A stretch of 64,000 nt of DNA, taken from contig MU004231.1 of the NCBI GenBank assembly GCA_010405405.1, positions 1,929,784-1,993,783 of the forward strand, given 5' to 3'. The notes below the pieces were generated by a model. It was not told where the DNA came from and did no database searches. It saw only the letters and a program-made list of their open reading frames with translations. This stretch comes from Microthyrium microscopicum. Lineage: Eukaryota. Below are positions 12,201-27,791 of the stretch, one piece after another. How positions within the stretch are numbered: position 1 is the first letter of the stretch; each line of letters begins with the position of its first letter. The position numbers were made by a program, and so were the translations under genes.

Positions 12201-15200
12201 TTTAGCTTCTATATTACTTATATAATAAATATATAAAAGAATAATCTATTTAGGATATATCTAAGCCTAGTATAGCTATAACGCGCTAGTAGAAAACTAC
12301 TATACGTTATATACTTTTATTATATTATACTATATAATAATAATATTAGTCTTAATAAGCTCTTTTCTAGTAAGCTTTATTATATTCTCTATTATAAGTA
12401 TAGATACTAAGTAATATATTAGATATTAGTAAAAATAGCCTTACTAATATAGAATAAGAATCTACTAAACTAGAATCTCTTATAGCTAGTTTATCTTAGG
12501 CTAAACCTTTAACTTAGAATATAATAAGGAAGTAAAAAAAGTTAAAGAAGATAGAGTTCTTTTCTAAACTTAAGACTAAATAATAAGTAAAAACTCTCTA
12601 AGAGTTTTATAATTTAGTAAATACTAATTATATTTATATTATAATCTAGAAGTTTCTTAGTAAAGATTAGATACTATTTTTACTAGCTTAAAATTTACTA
12701 CTTTACTATAATAAATATAACCTAGTTCTATTACTTTTAAAGATTACTTCTTATAAAGATAAATTAGCTAAATTAAAACCTTTAGCTTTTAATAGTTATA
12801 GCTAGTTTACTTTAGAAGAAATTATAGCTTAGGCATAAAATTAAATATAAAGATTATATCTACTCTCTACTATATTTAAGTATAATATATTATTTTTTAT
12901 AGTGCTAAGCTATTATACTTAATAGTAGTTAGCCTATATTTTTTCTAGTGCTACTAAGCTTAGTAACCTACTATCCCTAATAGAATAGAATTAGTTAAAG
13001 AGTTAAGTAACTCTTCCTTATAACTAAGATAAATATAATAATTATAGTATAGACTTACTTAAAAAGCTTAAGGTGTTAGCTATTCTAGTACTTATAAGGT
13101 TTACTAAACTTAAGTAATAAAGGTAAGAACGCAAGAAATAAAAAGAGGTAATAAGAAACTAAAGCGTATTTTAATCTACTAATTAATAAATAATTAAGAT
13201 TAACTTAGCTAAAGATACTAATAAGGCTATTAGATAGTAATAAGAAGCTAACTATACTAATATTAAGGCTTATTTTAAAGCTATAGCGTATAAATAAGAT
13301 AAAAAATAGCGTTACTAAAGTAGCTTACTATTTTAGGTAATAGGTATATCTAGTACTATGCTAATATTTAGTTTAGCTCTAAGACTATTAGCCTTTTCTT
13401 TAACTCTTAAGCCTTCTTATTATTATACATCGTAAGCTATAGTTAATATTATAATTCTTAAGGATTCTAAGCTAAGTAGTCTTATATTTCTACTTACTAG
13501 TAGAACTATACATTATAGTACTTTTATAAAGTTACCTATTAGCTTAACCTAGGCTAGAGCTAATAAGTAAGTAAGAAATACTTTAAGTATACTATTTAGT
13601 TATAAAAGAGCTACTTAGTTACTAAGTATTACTAGTATTAAATAAGTAGAGAAGAAAGCTTAATAAAGAACTATTAGGTTAAGTTATATCTAAAAAACGC
13701 ATATTAAGTATTTATTAATTCTTATAAAAAAGAGAAAGCATAATACTACTTTTTCTAACTAATTATTACTTTAGCTTAATATATTTTTTAATACTAGTAC
13801 GTAAAGTTCTATACTCCTAGTAGGCTATCTACTTTATATCTAATATTAGTAAAATACTACTCTCTAATTAGTTAATATTAACTAAGATTATTTAAGATTA
13901 AATTAGATAATTCTATAAATTTAAATATATTATAATAATACTAAACTTCTACTACTTAGGTATATTATTTTTAATAGAGTTAGATAAGGTAGTATATAGC
14001 TATAGGCTTATTAATAATAAGACTATATTCTATTATTATGCTATTAATAAAAGCTATATATACTAATAATCCTTACTATATTTTTAGTAAAAGTATAATT
14101 ATATAATAAGTTATATTATATACTTCTCTTATTAAAGCTTTTAGTTAATATACTATTTATTAGTATAGCTATTCCTTAGTATAACGCTATTATTTTATAG
14201 CGTTTAAAATACGTAAGAAAATATATTTACTTCTTTCTTAAAAGGCCTTACTATAATATTAATAGCCTTCTATCTATTATAGTATATTACTTTTAGTATT
14301 ATATCTTACTATGTCTAAGTAAAGATTAGATTTCTATATAAGGTAATAGCTTAAGATAGTAAGCTAAGTATAATTACTACTAGCTTAACTTAATTCTTAT
14401 AATATATAGAAAAAACTAATTACTACGTAGTAATATTATTAATATTAGTACTTATAGAAAGAGAGTTAGTAAGCTAAAAGATAAGAAGTAAATATAGCCT
14501 ATTATAGTATCTACTTAAACTAGTTAAGACTAGAGCCTAATAAGTATTTAACTATATTTACTACTCTAGATCCTTTATATTTCTTTATTATACCTTTACT
14601 CTATATTTAAGCTTTATAAAGCTTTACTTTATAAAGATATTTAGTAAATTTAACGTTAATATTAATATTATATACTATATTATTTATACGCTTTTCTATA
14701 TATAGTTTTAAGTTCCTTTATTTACTTAATAACTTTTAGTTAGCGTGCATATAAGGCTATTTAGGTTTATTTCTAAGTTTAACTCTTAGACTAATTCTTA
14801 TATTTCTTTAGGTCTAATTATTATCTTTATAGTACTAATATTAAATCTTTAGTTACTACTTCTAAGTTTATAATACTAGATTTAAAATTATATTTACTAC
14901 TTCTTAATAGCTTAGTAGCCTAAGAAATTAGGTCCTTATTTATATATATTTAGTCTAATATTCCTTACTTATTTATTAAGCCTTATACTAAGAGAGTTTC
15001 TTAAGTTAATCTATATTTACTTAATAAGCCTTAAGTAGACTATTATCTTAAATACTACCTATTCTAAGCCTATTATAGCTTATCTTTATAGGCTTATAAG
15101 TAGCTAGTAAATAGTTAATATTTAATAGATAATACTATATAAATCCTATTAACTTACTTATAGATAAGCGACGATATAGTTACTAATCTTATAGGTTTAA

Positions 15201-18200
15201 TCCTAGTTTTATAACATAAAATTTTAGTTATTAAGTCTAAATAACTTTAGTTTATATAGTAGAGACTATCTTTTAAAATTTATATTATATATTATTAGAC
15301 TAGGTTAGACTTCTCTTATTCTAAGGCCTAGAAGTAGACTACGTAGTAGCTATTTATTCTACGCCTTATAGTAGTAGTATTATTATAGCTTTTAGTAAGT
15401 TAATCTTATTCTATAATATCTAATTCTAAGATTAATAGTAAGTACTCTAAATTTTTATAATATTTTTAATACTTAAAGAATAGACTTATAGATTTCTTAT
15501 ATCTTTAAGAGATCTATCCTATTATAAGGCTATTATAATTAGGCTACCTTATAATATCTACTATCTTACGTTATTAATATTTTTATAGTAAATAAGCTTC
15601 TATGAAAATATTCTAGTATATAATTAGCTAATATCTTTATAAAACTTTATATAATTTACTAGAACTTTATACTTTAGGAAAGAATAATAAGATATTATTC
15701 TTAAGGATAGCTTTAATAGGGAATAATAGCCTAAACTAATTAGGCTTTATTTCTATAAGAGTATAAGTTAGATAGAAGTATTACTATAATAAAACCTCCC
15801 CTTACCCTATATTTTAAAGCTCTTTAATAATATATATATTAGCTTTATATACTCTTTATAAACATTAGCTTTTTATTAGACTTTTAAAGATACCTTAATA
15901 TTATTAGCCTTTAGTATATTTAGTATACTATAATATGCTATATATTTATATTAACTTATTTAAATATAATTTTAAAAGTAAAAAAAAGATATATAGCCTA
16001 AAAGTCTACGTAGCAATTATTAAGGAATTTAAAATAATCTATTAATAAGAGATATATTTACGCTATAATAAGTATATAGACCTTCTAAACGTTCTTCTTA
16101 ATGCTAATAAGTATATTTCTTTACTTTTAAATTATAAATAATAATATTAATAATATTATAGTAATAATAATTAAGAAGAATAAGTAGTAGTCTAAGGCTT
16201 ACTACCTTTAAATCTATCTACTTCTCTCTTCTCTCTTCTACTACTATTATTACTACTATAATAGTCTTCTTATATGGTTATGCCTTTAGGTATAATTTAA
16301 TAATTATTATTATCTAAGCCTAAGCTCTTAGATAAGTATAAATACCTTACTTTACCTACTTTCTTATGTTCTTCTAAGTAAGAGTCCTTAGTATTACCTA
16401 CTAATTTTAATAGTAATTTACCTACCTTATAAAAGAAGGATTTATTTATCTTTAAAAAGGCTCCTTCTATTATAAAAAAGAAGAATTTATATATATAGGA
16501 TAGAGATAAAGATAATATACTAGTCTATAATAATAATTATAATAATAATAATAGTTATAATTTATTTATACCTTCTTAGTCTTCTTTTTCTCTCTACTCT
16601 TAAGAGAGCTTTATTACTCTTTCTATTAAGATATCTTAGAGCTCTCTTTCTCTCTCTTTTTCTTTTTTTTAGTTAGCTAGCGTACTATATTTTAGTAAAG
16701 TTTTTTCTTATGCTATGAACTTCTTTACTATATATATTATTATACTATTTTCTTTTAACTTACTATTTTTTATTACTTTAATTTCTTTTACTAATACTTA
16801 TAATAGTACTACCTATATAAACTTTAATAAGGAAGTTAAAGCTATAAAAGCCTTACTTATAGCTTATATAGTAGCTATTATTATAAAGGCCTTTTCTTTA
16901 GGCCTAGTTAGGTCTTTTAACTTAAAGGCTATAGCTATTATTAAGGCCTATAGTTTAGTTAAGAAAATTCCTTAGTATTTTTATAAGAGTAGTAATATTT
17001 TAAGTTATTTTCTTATACTAAATTATTTCTAGTTAGTAATTATTAACTAGTAAGAAGCTATATTACCTAACTAGAAGCATAAGATAACTTATATTAGTTA
17101 TATAGAAGAGATAGATACTAGTAAAACTCTAACTAGTAATAATACTTATAAGTATTATTAGCTTAGGAGTTATATATACTAAGTATATATTTTAGAAGTA
17201 AGAAATATTCTTAAAAAACCTAGGTTTTAGTATTTATAGTGCTATATAGTAGGGCTACTAAAGAATAGTTATAGTATAGTTAGACTTATAAATATACTAA
17301 CTAGAAAGAAGAGGGTATTAAGAAGATTATTAAAGGAATATAAAGAGTTTATAGTAATTTTGCTTATTAATAGAGATTTAGCTAGTATATTAACTTAAGT
17401 AGTAATAAGTATAGTATAATAAAGGATAGCATTTTAATATACTTTATACGTAATAATAATAACTACCCTAGCGTATTTTATTCTTTATAATTAATAGTTT
17501 AATTTAGTTCTATAAGTTTATAAAACTCTACTAAATAACTATAAATATTTAATATAGCTTAATATTACAAGATATATCTTAATATACTTTATCTTTATAA
17601 GATAAAGTTTAACCTAGCTTTATAAGCTTAGTTTAGCTTCTTTTAAATAGCTATAAGTTTTAAGGTAGCTTTAATTATAAGACTTTATATTCTATATAAT
17701 TATAATAAATAAAACTATTATAATTATATAAACTTAGTTCTTATTTTTATTATAATTATTTAACTATAACTATTAGTATTTAACACTATATATAGATTAA
17801 TTTAGGAAGTAAAGTAGCTATACTTTATTATAGTTAAGAAAGTTATTATATACTTAAAGTTAAGGAATATAATATAATTAAAGTACTAATATAAAAATTT
17901 AATAAAGTTAATATAAATTTAATAAAATAAAGTTAAGGAAAAAAGCTATAAATACTAATTAATTAGATATATACTTTTCTATTAGTTAATATTTTTTAAT
18001 ATATTCTAAGAAAATTAATTTAGTATTCTTAGCTTTAATTATATAGCCCCTACTCTTAATAATTTAGCTTTAGAAGAGCTACTATTATATTTACTACGTA
18101 TCTTCTATAATACTAATACTATTATTCTTATTTACTAAACTTTAGCTAAGTCTTTCTATTATAAAAATAGCACTTTTAATACTAATTTAGTTTATTTATT

Positions 18201-21200
18201 ACTAGCTACTTATTATTATTAACTAGAAGACTATTAGATAGGCTCTATATACTTGCTATATATTAATATTAAATTATAGAATTAGATAAGTAAGTTCTTT
18301 AATATCTATTAAATTATTACTTATATTAAATATTTATATTTATTATCTTACTTTCTCTAAAACTCTTACTCTTACTATACCTTACTTTATATTAGTAAAA
18401 AGTAACTTCTTCTTATAGAGATTACTATCTATTAGAACTATAATTTCTTTACCTTTTTTTATATATTTAGTTACTATAATAACTAATATTAATGCTCTAG
18501 CTATAATTATTAATTATTATTATTTTTAGCTATTTTAGTCTATGTTCTTCTATTAATATTATAAGTTTCTAGCTTCTATATATTCTTTTAATATTACTAA
18601 TACTTATACTTACTACTATTACTATAAAAAAATAACTATTTTTATAGATATTATTACTATTTATAGTATATTAATTATAAAGTTTCTTTAGAATATTACG
18701 CTAGTAAAAGCTATTACGTTATATAATAATAGTTATATAATTATTTACTACTTTAGCTTAGGTTATATTATAATCTATAGCTATACTAATTACTCTTACT
18801 TATTCTTTATTAAGTAGGTAGCTATTTAATTAGGTTATTATCTATAAAACTCTTCTACTTATCTATATCTTTATTACTTTTTTATACTACTCTTTAACTC
18901 TCTATTAAAGTTCCTTACTTTCTTTAAAAGTAAGGATTTCTTTATCTTTATTTACTTTAATTACTTATGCTACCTACTATATACTATAATAGTATTTTAT
19001 ATTTAGCCTTATATTAAAAGACTATAAGTTTTACTATACTATATTTATTTAAGAACTAACTTTATTTATTTAGTACTATTAACGTAAACTCTTATTTACT
19101 AACTTTTAAAGTAAAAATCTTTTATCTTTTATAATTTACTATTACCTAGCGCTTCTTTTTATTACTTATACTAAGAAAGATAATTCTATTTTAGTCTTTA
19201 GCTATCTATTAGCTTAATAATAAGAAAGCTATAAGTTCTATTCTATAATTACGTTCTAATAATTTATACTTCTATTTAGCTCTATAGATATATACTTATG
19301 CGTATTTATACTTTTCTAGCTACTTAAACTATTTAATAAATTAGTCTTTAGTCTTTATAATTTTAGAAAGGAAGCTATTAATATTATTAGTTTATAGTTA
19401 TTATCTAATTACGCTACTTAGGTAATAATATAAGACCTACTAAAAACTTCTTAACCTTTAAATCCTAATATAACTCTAAACTATAATAATAACTTTAAGT
19501 ACTATACTCTTAATAACTAACCTATAATTTAAACTATATCTATTATTAGTACTATACTTAGCCTCTACTTTTAGGTTTACTTCTATACGTCCTTTATTAT
19601 TTAGAGTATTTAGTAGTTCTATAAGTAGAACTTTTTTCTCTACGTAGTATAGTCTAAGTCTTAAACTAAAGCTAATTTTAATTAGCGTAGTTTTATTTCT
19701 ATAGTACTTATATTATACTATTATACTATCTTTATATTAGGCTAAGAGAGAAAGTATTAAGAAATACTTATATATATATAATATTAAGCTAATATTAATA
19801 CGTAACGTCCTTTTAGTTAGATTAGCCTACTTTTTTAGCTCTTTACTATAATAGCTATTTATATTATGCTTAAATTAAAGGATAATAGCTTACTTCCTAC
19901 TTAGTAATAAGTAATAGTACAAAATCTAAGTAGATAGTTAATTTACTAGGAACTAAATAATAGCTAGTATACTTAAATTAATTTCTACTATTCTTTAACC
20001 TATTATATCTTTTAAGTCTTAGTCTAGATTATAAATATAAGTATATATTCTTCTAATTATAAATTATTTTACTAACTTTTAGTTAGGACCTAAGCTTATA
20101 GCAACTCTAAATAGTTCCTCCTTATTTAAATAATTTTCTTATAAGAAGTAGTAACTTATTTTATATATATATAATTAAAAAGTCTAGTATCCTATACCTA
20201 ATAGTAAACTTATTTTCTTAAATCTTTTAGTAGTCTAGTACTAAGATTACTAGTATCTTTATTAAAGCTATAGTCTTATATAGTTATAAAAAATACTATA
20301 TAGCTAATTAAAAATATACCTAATACTTATTCTATTATTTAGTAGTAGTTCTTTATTCTTAGTCCTAAATTAACTAGCTAGTAATAATAAAATATATTAA
20401 CTTCCCTAGATATTAAAATAGTTAATATACATACTATATATAAAATAGCGTATACTATAGTTTTAAAGACGTTATTCCTTATCTACTTACCTTAGAAGAT
20501 AAAAAATAGGTTTATAATACTACGCTATTTAGATTAGTTTTAATAATTAATACTAGCCTTCTATTGCTAATATTTTATGCTCCTTTCCTTAATATAGCTA
20601 ATCTTCTAGCTATACTTAATCTATAAAGAAGTATATAGTTATAATTATTAGACATAATTATAGTTAAATAATATCTACTAGCTCTAACTACTATTAATAT
20701 CTAGTAGCTCTAGATTTAGCTTTAGTTTAGTTACTAAGGATAATATAAATAGAAGGTAATAACTAACAAGATCCTATATAGTAGTACTTTAAAAGCTTTA
20801 TTTACTTATTAGTTATAGCTAAGGAAGATAATACTAGCTTATAAACTTAAATCTTTCTAATATTATTTTTTATAATTATAATATTATTAAATATATTAAA
20901 TCTCTATATTATTATCTAATATAATTATATAGTTTTAGACTTTAATAAAGTACTATATCTTATATAATAATATAAAGTAAATAGTAATAAGACTATATAT
21001 AGTTTATACGTAAAAATATACTATAAAATATCTTTATTTAAAGAAAGCTAAGATTTCTATAATTTATAGCTACTAAACTATAAAAGATATTATTAACTTA
21101 ATAAAGATAAATAATATATTAACTAGAGTAAAGAATAAGCTTTATAAATTATACTCTTTAATTCTATTATCTAGTTATTATAAATAATTACTAAAAGTAA

Positions 21201-22731
21201 TTTTAACTAATATAGCTCTTTTACTAAGAAGTACTACTTAAAAAAAGATTCTATATAATTACTATTAATATTAGTTAGATAAGATATTCTTTATAGTAAT
21301 AATTCTAAATAGTAAGTAATACTAAGTATAGATTCTATATTATTATTCTTAATATTTAAAAGTTAACATAGTATATAAACTATAGCTTCTAATAAAAGGT
21401 ATTACTACTTTTATATTTTATATTATTACCTCTAATATTTAATAACTAATAAAGAATTTAACGATTAGGCTTTTAATAAGCATATTACTAGTAGCGTATT
21501 TTATAAAATTATTACTAGTATTAAGACATTAATAAGATATTTAATAAAGAAACTTTGCATAGAAGTACTACTAAATATATATTTTATATAATTATTACTA
21601 ACTTCTAGAAATTAATAAAATATTTAGTAAGTAGTTTAAAAGAGGTAATAAGCTAGCTAATAATTAAACGTAATTAGTATTAATATAAGAAATAATAGTT
21701 AACTTAATAGTTAATTTTATATATAGCTAGTAGCTAGCTAGTAGTTAAAAGTAGCACCTATTATAAATTTATTATTTTACTAATAGAGATATATAAATTA
21801 ATACTATAATAAGCTTATTATATATAATATAGTAATACTAATTATCTAGATAATAAAGCTCTTATTTTAGGGTATAAGGTATTCCTAAATTAGATATATA
21901 GTAGGTTAAAGAAATATATAGTAGGCTAAAGAAAGGAGATAATTTATTTCTATTTAATTAATCTATAAAAAGAGTTAGTAGAGCAATCTAGTCCTTTTAT
22001 AGTAAAGATATTCTACGTCGTAATTATACTAATAGTAAATTAAATAAGGAGTTATTTATAATTAAAAATATTTCTATAAGATAGTAGTTCTATCTAGTAA
22101 GCTTATCTATTATAGTATAATAGCTAATAAGGATATAGTATATAAAATAAATATAGATATTTTATATTATATAAATGCTAATATAAGAATTAAGAAGTAG
22201 TAATTACTAGAATTTAAAAGGTTATAGTAAAAGATCTATATACTAATATTAATTTTACTAAATCTAGTTAGATAAATAGAGTTATATAATAATCTTTTAA
22301 GATCTTAAATAATATTATTACTTTTAAGCTAATTATTTATCTTAGTTCTAATTATATAGTTTATATCTTATCTAGTTTCTAACCTATTAATTTTTAATAC
22401 TATATTAACTTCTAATCTTTATTAGTCTTTACTTCTATATCTTCTATTCTCTATCTTATAAACTATCTCTCTTATTTCTTACGCTAATATTTAAATTCTT
22501 TACCCTTACTAGTACTTCTACTATTCTTTTTACGTCCTTAAAACATCTATTTAATCTAAGTACTACTACTCTCTATACTATCTTTTTCTTAGCTAATAGA
22601 AATTATTAACTAACCTATAATAATTATTATAAGTATATTTAGTAAGCTAATAACTATAATAGTATATCGTTATAAAAATATAAACTCTATATAGCTTTAG
22701 AAAAAATTATAAGGCGTCTCCTACCCTCTAA

Positions 22732-23065
22732 AATAAGTATATTATACTTCTTATTATCTATTTTATTAATAATATAATACTCTTTACGTTATAGAAATAT
22801 TTATTAGATATCTTACTCTTTAAAATAAGTGTATTATACTCCTTATTACTTATCTTACTAATAAAGTAATACTCTTTATATTATAAAAATATTTATTATA
22901 TATTCTACTTTTTAAAAGAAGTATATTATACTACTTATTACCTATCCTACTAATAAAGTAATATTCTTTATATTTATAAAATATCTACTATATCTCTTAT
23001 TCTTTATAATAAGTATATTATTCTCTTTATTACCTATTCTAATAATAAAATAATATTCTTTATGC
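22732..23065. repeat. 92-bp-period tandem array, ~4 units
   Basis: AAGT(A/G)TATTAT anchor at 22735, 22827, 22919 and 23011. Confidence 0.8.
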
Positions 23066-26000
23066 TAATAGTTATAGTACTTATAAAACTAAAACTATAT
23101 AATCTAAAAAGGCTTAGATATTATTAGCGCTAGCTACTTAGAATACTATTAGATATTAACTATATATTTAGGCGTCTTTATTCCTTTAGGATATACTTAT
23201 TATAATATAGTAGTTAGTAATTTACTAATAGAGTAGGTAAAATAATAATAATTATAAAATACGTCTATATATAGTAAGGAAAGACTAAACTAGCTAAGCG
23301 CTTTAAAGCTCTAAGGCCTTAAAGGCTAAAGCTTTAGTAATTAAGTAAAGTAGTAACTTCTTATAATAGAGTAGTTTTAGGCTTAATAGTAGGAGCCTAT
23401 AATTATAGTCTATTTAATTTCTTAATCTATTAACTTCTCTACTTCTTCTTCTTTTTTATACTTCTATATCTAAAGAATACTTTAAATAACTATAAGATAT
23501 AATTTCTTTTACTAAAACTTATAATAATAGCTTTAAAGCGTATATCTATAAGCTTTAATATTAAGTATACTATAATTATTTTAAGTATACTAAAAATACT
23601 TAGAAGCTTTACTAAAAACTTAATTACCCTAAACTTAAATAAATCCTTATTACTAAAATCTATCTAATAAGCTACTCTAATTAAGTAGTCTATAAATCTA
23701 AACTAAGTACGTTTAGTAAGCTATTAAACTACTCTAATCTAATTACTATAGATATTTCTACCTTCTACTAATTCCTAATTTTATAATGAAAAATATCCTT
23801 ATTAAGAAATATTAGTATAATTACTATAAACTCTTTAAAAGTCTAAGTAGGCCTAGCTAGCTATAGTTACTTTTACTAATAAAATAATAAATTAACTTGC
23901 TATGTTATCTATATAAAGTAATAAAAACTAGGCTTCTACTTCTATTAAATAATTAGTTAAAAAGGATAAGAGCTATTATAATTATAATTATTTATTAATA
24001 CTAGTTTATAGTAAAAAGGATACTACTATAATAGAAAAAGGTTTTAAATATAGATTTATTCTTTCTCTAAAAGAAGAAGAAGTATAGCTAACTTTAGATT
24101 ATAAAGAATTATTAGTAACTATAGCAACTTACTACTATAATAATATAATGCTTCTATATAGCGCCTATAAAGGAAATTTATAGATTTAATAAAAGAGGTA
24201 CTATATAGCTAGTAGTAAAGTAGAAATAGCAAAATAATAGAAAGAAATATACTAAAAACGCTAAGTAAGTAACTTAGAATCTATTATAGAAGAGGCTACT
24301 TATAGTTAAGTATATATATATTAAAATACCTAAGGTAATATAACTAATATAGGCTCTATAACTTTATTACAAAATAATATAAAGACTATAGTATTACTTA
24401 AAAGTTTAATAATTTCTTTAACTTAAGTTATAGTTAAGAAGCTATTACTATCTTCTAAATTATCTATAAGTAAGAAGTTAACGCTAAAAGTAAACCTTTA
24501 AGTCCTAGTTCTATAGTTCTTAAAGAAGTAATATATATTTAGTAATATAAAAGTGTCTATTTTTAATAACTACGTTAAAACTACTAATATTTAAGTTATA
24601 TAACTACTCTTCTACTTACTCTAAAAATAGATCCTTAATAATACTAATTTAATAATACTTTAAGTACTTCTTAAATACTAACTAGTATAAGGTCTATAAT
24701 AGTATAAATATTCTATTTCTTAGCTTATAAATATTCTTAAGATACTATTTTTATTATATACTATAATAGTATATTACCTTATTATAGATTAGGTTAAATA
24801 CTCTTATTAGTATTACTCTAAAATTTAAAGTCTTAGTCTATTCTAAATAAAGAATAATAAAGAATTAATATTAGTATATACTACTTATATAATTATAAAA
24901 ATTAAGAATAAAAGCGTTCTATTTAAGAATACTTATATAAATTATATTATAGAAAGATATTATAAAACTTACTCTTTTTATAAGGATAATAAGTAATTAG
25001 TGCCTAAGCTATATCTTAATATTATAAAGACTAAAAAAGCTAAAGAGGACTTTAGTAAATTTATATCTTAGTAAATTGCTTACTTTATTATTAGTAAAGA
25101 AAAATAGAAGTTATAAAAGACTAAGTAATATAAGATAGTAATTAAAGAAGTAGAAACTTAAGATATAGCTATTTAAAAGGGTTTAATTTAATTAACGACT
25201 ATAATAATAATTTCTTATAGAATATATATTATTTGCCTAAAGATAAATAAATAATAATTCTTATTTAATCTTTTAAGACTAGACTTAGAGAATTTCTATT
25301 ATTTTTAATACTATGTTACTACTTACTAGTAGGCTTATATACTTATAAGCTATTACTAAATTCTATAACTCTACTTATACTCTTAGAGTATAAGTAATAA
25401 TATACTTCTTAACTATAAATAAAATAGGTAATTTATAACTAACTATACTATACTTATAAATTTAGATTAGATAATTTCTATTTTTAGCTTATTTCGTCTT
25501 AATTTATAGAGCCTAATTAGCATAGTAGCATATAAGCTATATTAGTAGATTATATCCTAGTTAAATATTTCTTATTTTAGCTAACTATATTTAGTAGTAA
25601 TAGAGCTAAGCTATAGATTATATTTTAAATAATATAATAGATATAAGCTATTTAATAATATAGTAAAGTCCCTTACTAGCTTATTATTAGAATATCTTAA
25701 ATTACTACTAAGTAGTAATACTTTTAAAAGTTAACGTTATAAAGTTAAAAAGAGATTTCTAAAATCTCTTTCCTTTAGAATAGGATAATAGTAGGTTATA
25801 TATCTAAATACTAGCTAGTTTATATTAGTCTATAAGTTAAACTATTTTATAGATTTGCTCTAATTATAATTGCTTAGAGCCTTGTACTAGAAACTAGTAG
25901 TACTATTACTCTTATTAGTATATTAATAGCTTACTTTAGCTTAATAAGTAACTTAATATTTAAAGATATACTCTAAAGCTTATTATTAACTTTACCTTAT

Positions 26001-26761
26001 AATTATTATGTCTATAATAAAAGAGAAGATAATTCTAAGTATTTATATATTATCTATAGAATAAAACTAGATTATAAAGGCAAAAAGTATAGCAATAAGT
26101 TATAAAGCTAGTAGTATTTAAGCAAAGCTAGATTTAAGGTTCTACTCTAAATAGGTAAACTAAGATATACTTAACTACTTTTAAATAATATAAGACGTTC
26201 TTAAATAATATTTTAAGTTATATAAAAATACTAGTTTAATTAAATAGCTCTTAGTAAGACTTAATTATTAGCGTATAATACCTAATATTATATTATAACT
26301 TTAAAGTCTTTTTAACTTTATGTTAATATATTTAACTTTAATATTTATATTTTCTATTATAATATAATTTACCTTAATAACTATAGTTTAAAACTAGGTA
26401 TAATTAGCGTTATTTATATCTATAGCTTATATATAACTTCTTTATTATCTATACTATAATTTCTTTAGCTATTAGCATTTCTATATTCTTTATTTTATAA
26501 AGCTAGCTAATATTAATATTTTCTATATCTAAAGTAATAACTAATTTATATTATAACGTATATTCTTACCTATTATAAGATAGTATTAATATTTTCTTAA
26601 AAGCTAAAGGCAAAGTTATAAAGCTAATTTTATTATATACTAGTATACTAGATTTAAGTATATAGTATAATCTTTTCTAAAGCCTTATATGTACTTAAAA
26701 GTTTTATTATAATATTAGCTATTAAGTAGTATTCTTAATTTAGTATAAGTATTCTCTTTCT

Positions 26762-27791
26762 TAAAGTCTACTTACTAGCTTTATTCTAAGAGTATAATTT
26801 ATATACTAAATACTATATATTCCTTCTTAAAGACTACTACTAAAAATCTACTTACTAACTTTATTCTAAGAATATAATTTACGTACTAAATACTATATAT
26901 TTCTCTCTAAAGACTATTACTAAAAATCTACTTACTAGCTTTATTCTAAGAATATAATTTACGTACTAAATACTATATATTCCTCCCTAAAGACTATTAC
27001 TAAAAATCTACTTACTAGCTTTATTCTAAGAATATAATTTATGCACTAAATACTATACATCTCTCTTTAAAGACTATTACTAAAAATCTGCTTACTAGCT
27101 TTATTTTAAGAATATAATTTGCTATGCTAAATACTATTATATTTCTCTCTAAAGACTATTACTAAAATTTGCTTACTAGCTTTATTCTAAGCGTATAATT
27201 TATAGCGTTAAATACTATTATATTCCTTCCTAAAGACTATTACTAAAATCTACTTACTAGCTTTATTTTAAGAATATAATTTACTATACTAAATACTATT
27301 ATATTCCTTTCTAAAGACTATTACTAAAATCTACTTGCTAGCTTTATTCTAAGAATATAATTTACTATGCTAAATACTATTATATCCTTCCCTAAAGACT
27401 ATTACTAAATATCTACTTACTAGCCTTCTTTTAATAGTATTATTTATATAATATAAGAATATATCTTACTTCCTAAAGATTGTTACTAAAAGTCTACTTG
27501 CTAGCCTTTTTCTAATAGTATTATTTATATAATATAAGACTATATCTTACTCTCTAAAGATTACTACTAAAAGTCTACTTGCTAGCGTTCTTCTAATAGT
27601 ATTATTTATATAATATAAAACTATATTTTACTTCCTAAAGACTACTACTAAAAGTCTACTTGCTAGCCTTTTTCTAATAGCATTATTTATATAATATAAG
27701 AATATATCTTACTTCTTAAAGATTACTACTAAAAGTCTACTTACTAGCGTTCTTTTAATAGTATTATTTATATAATATAAGACTATATTTT
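26762..27791. repeat. 80/81-bp-period tandem array, 13 units in three subtypes, runs into an assembly gap
   Basis: CTACTTACTAGC-like anchor at 26768, 26848, 26928, 27008, 27088, 27169, 27250, 27331, 27413, 27494, 27575, 27656 and 27737. Confidence 0.9.

Noticed and set aside
17102..17133. Possible deRIPed EEMGTGKTLT Walker A (SNF2/AAA-like)
   Set aside because: Needs several assumed reversions and no supporting downstream motifs were found.
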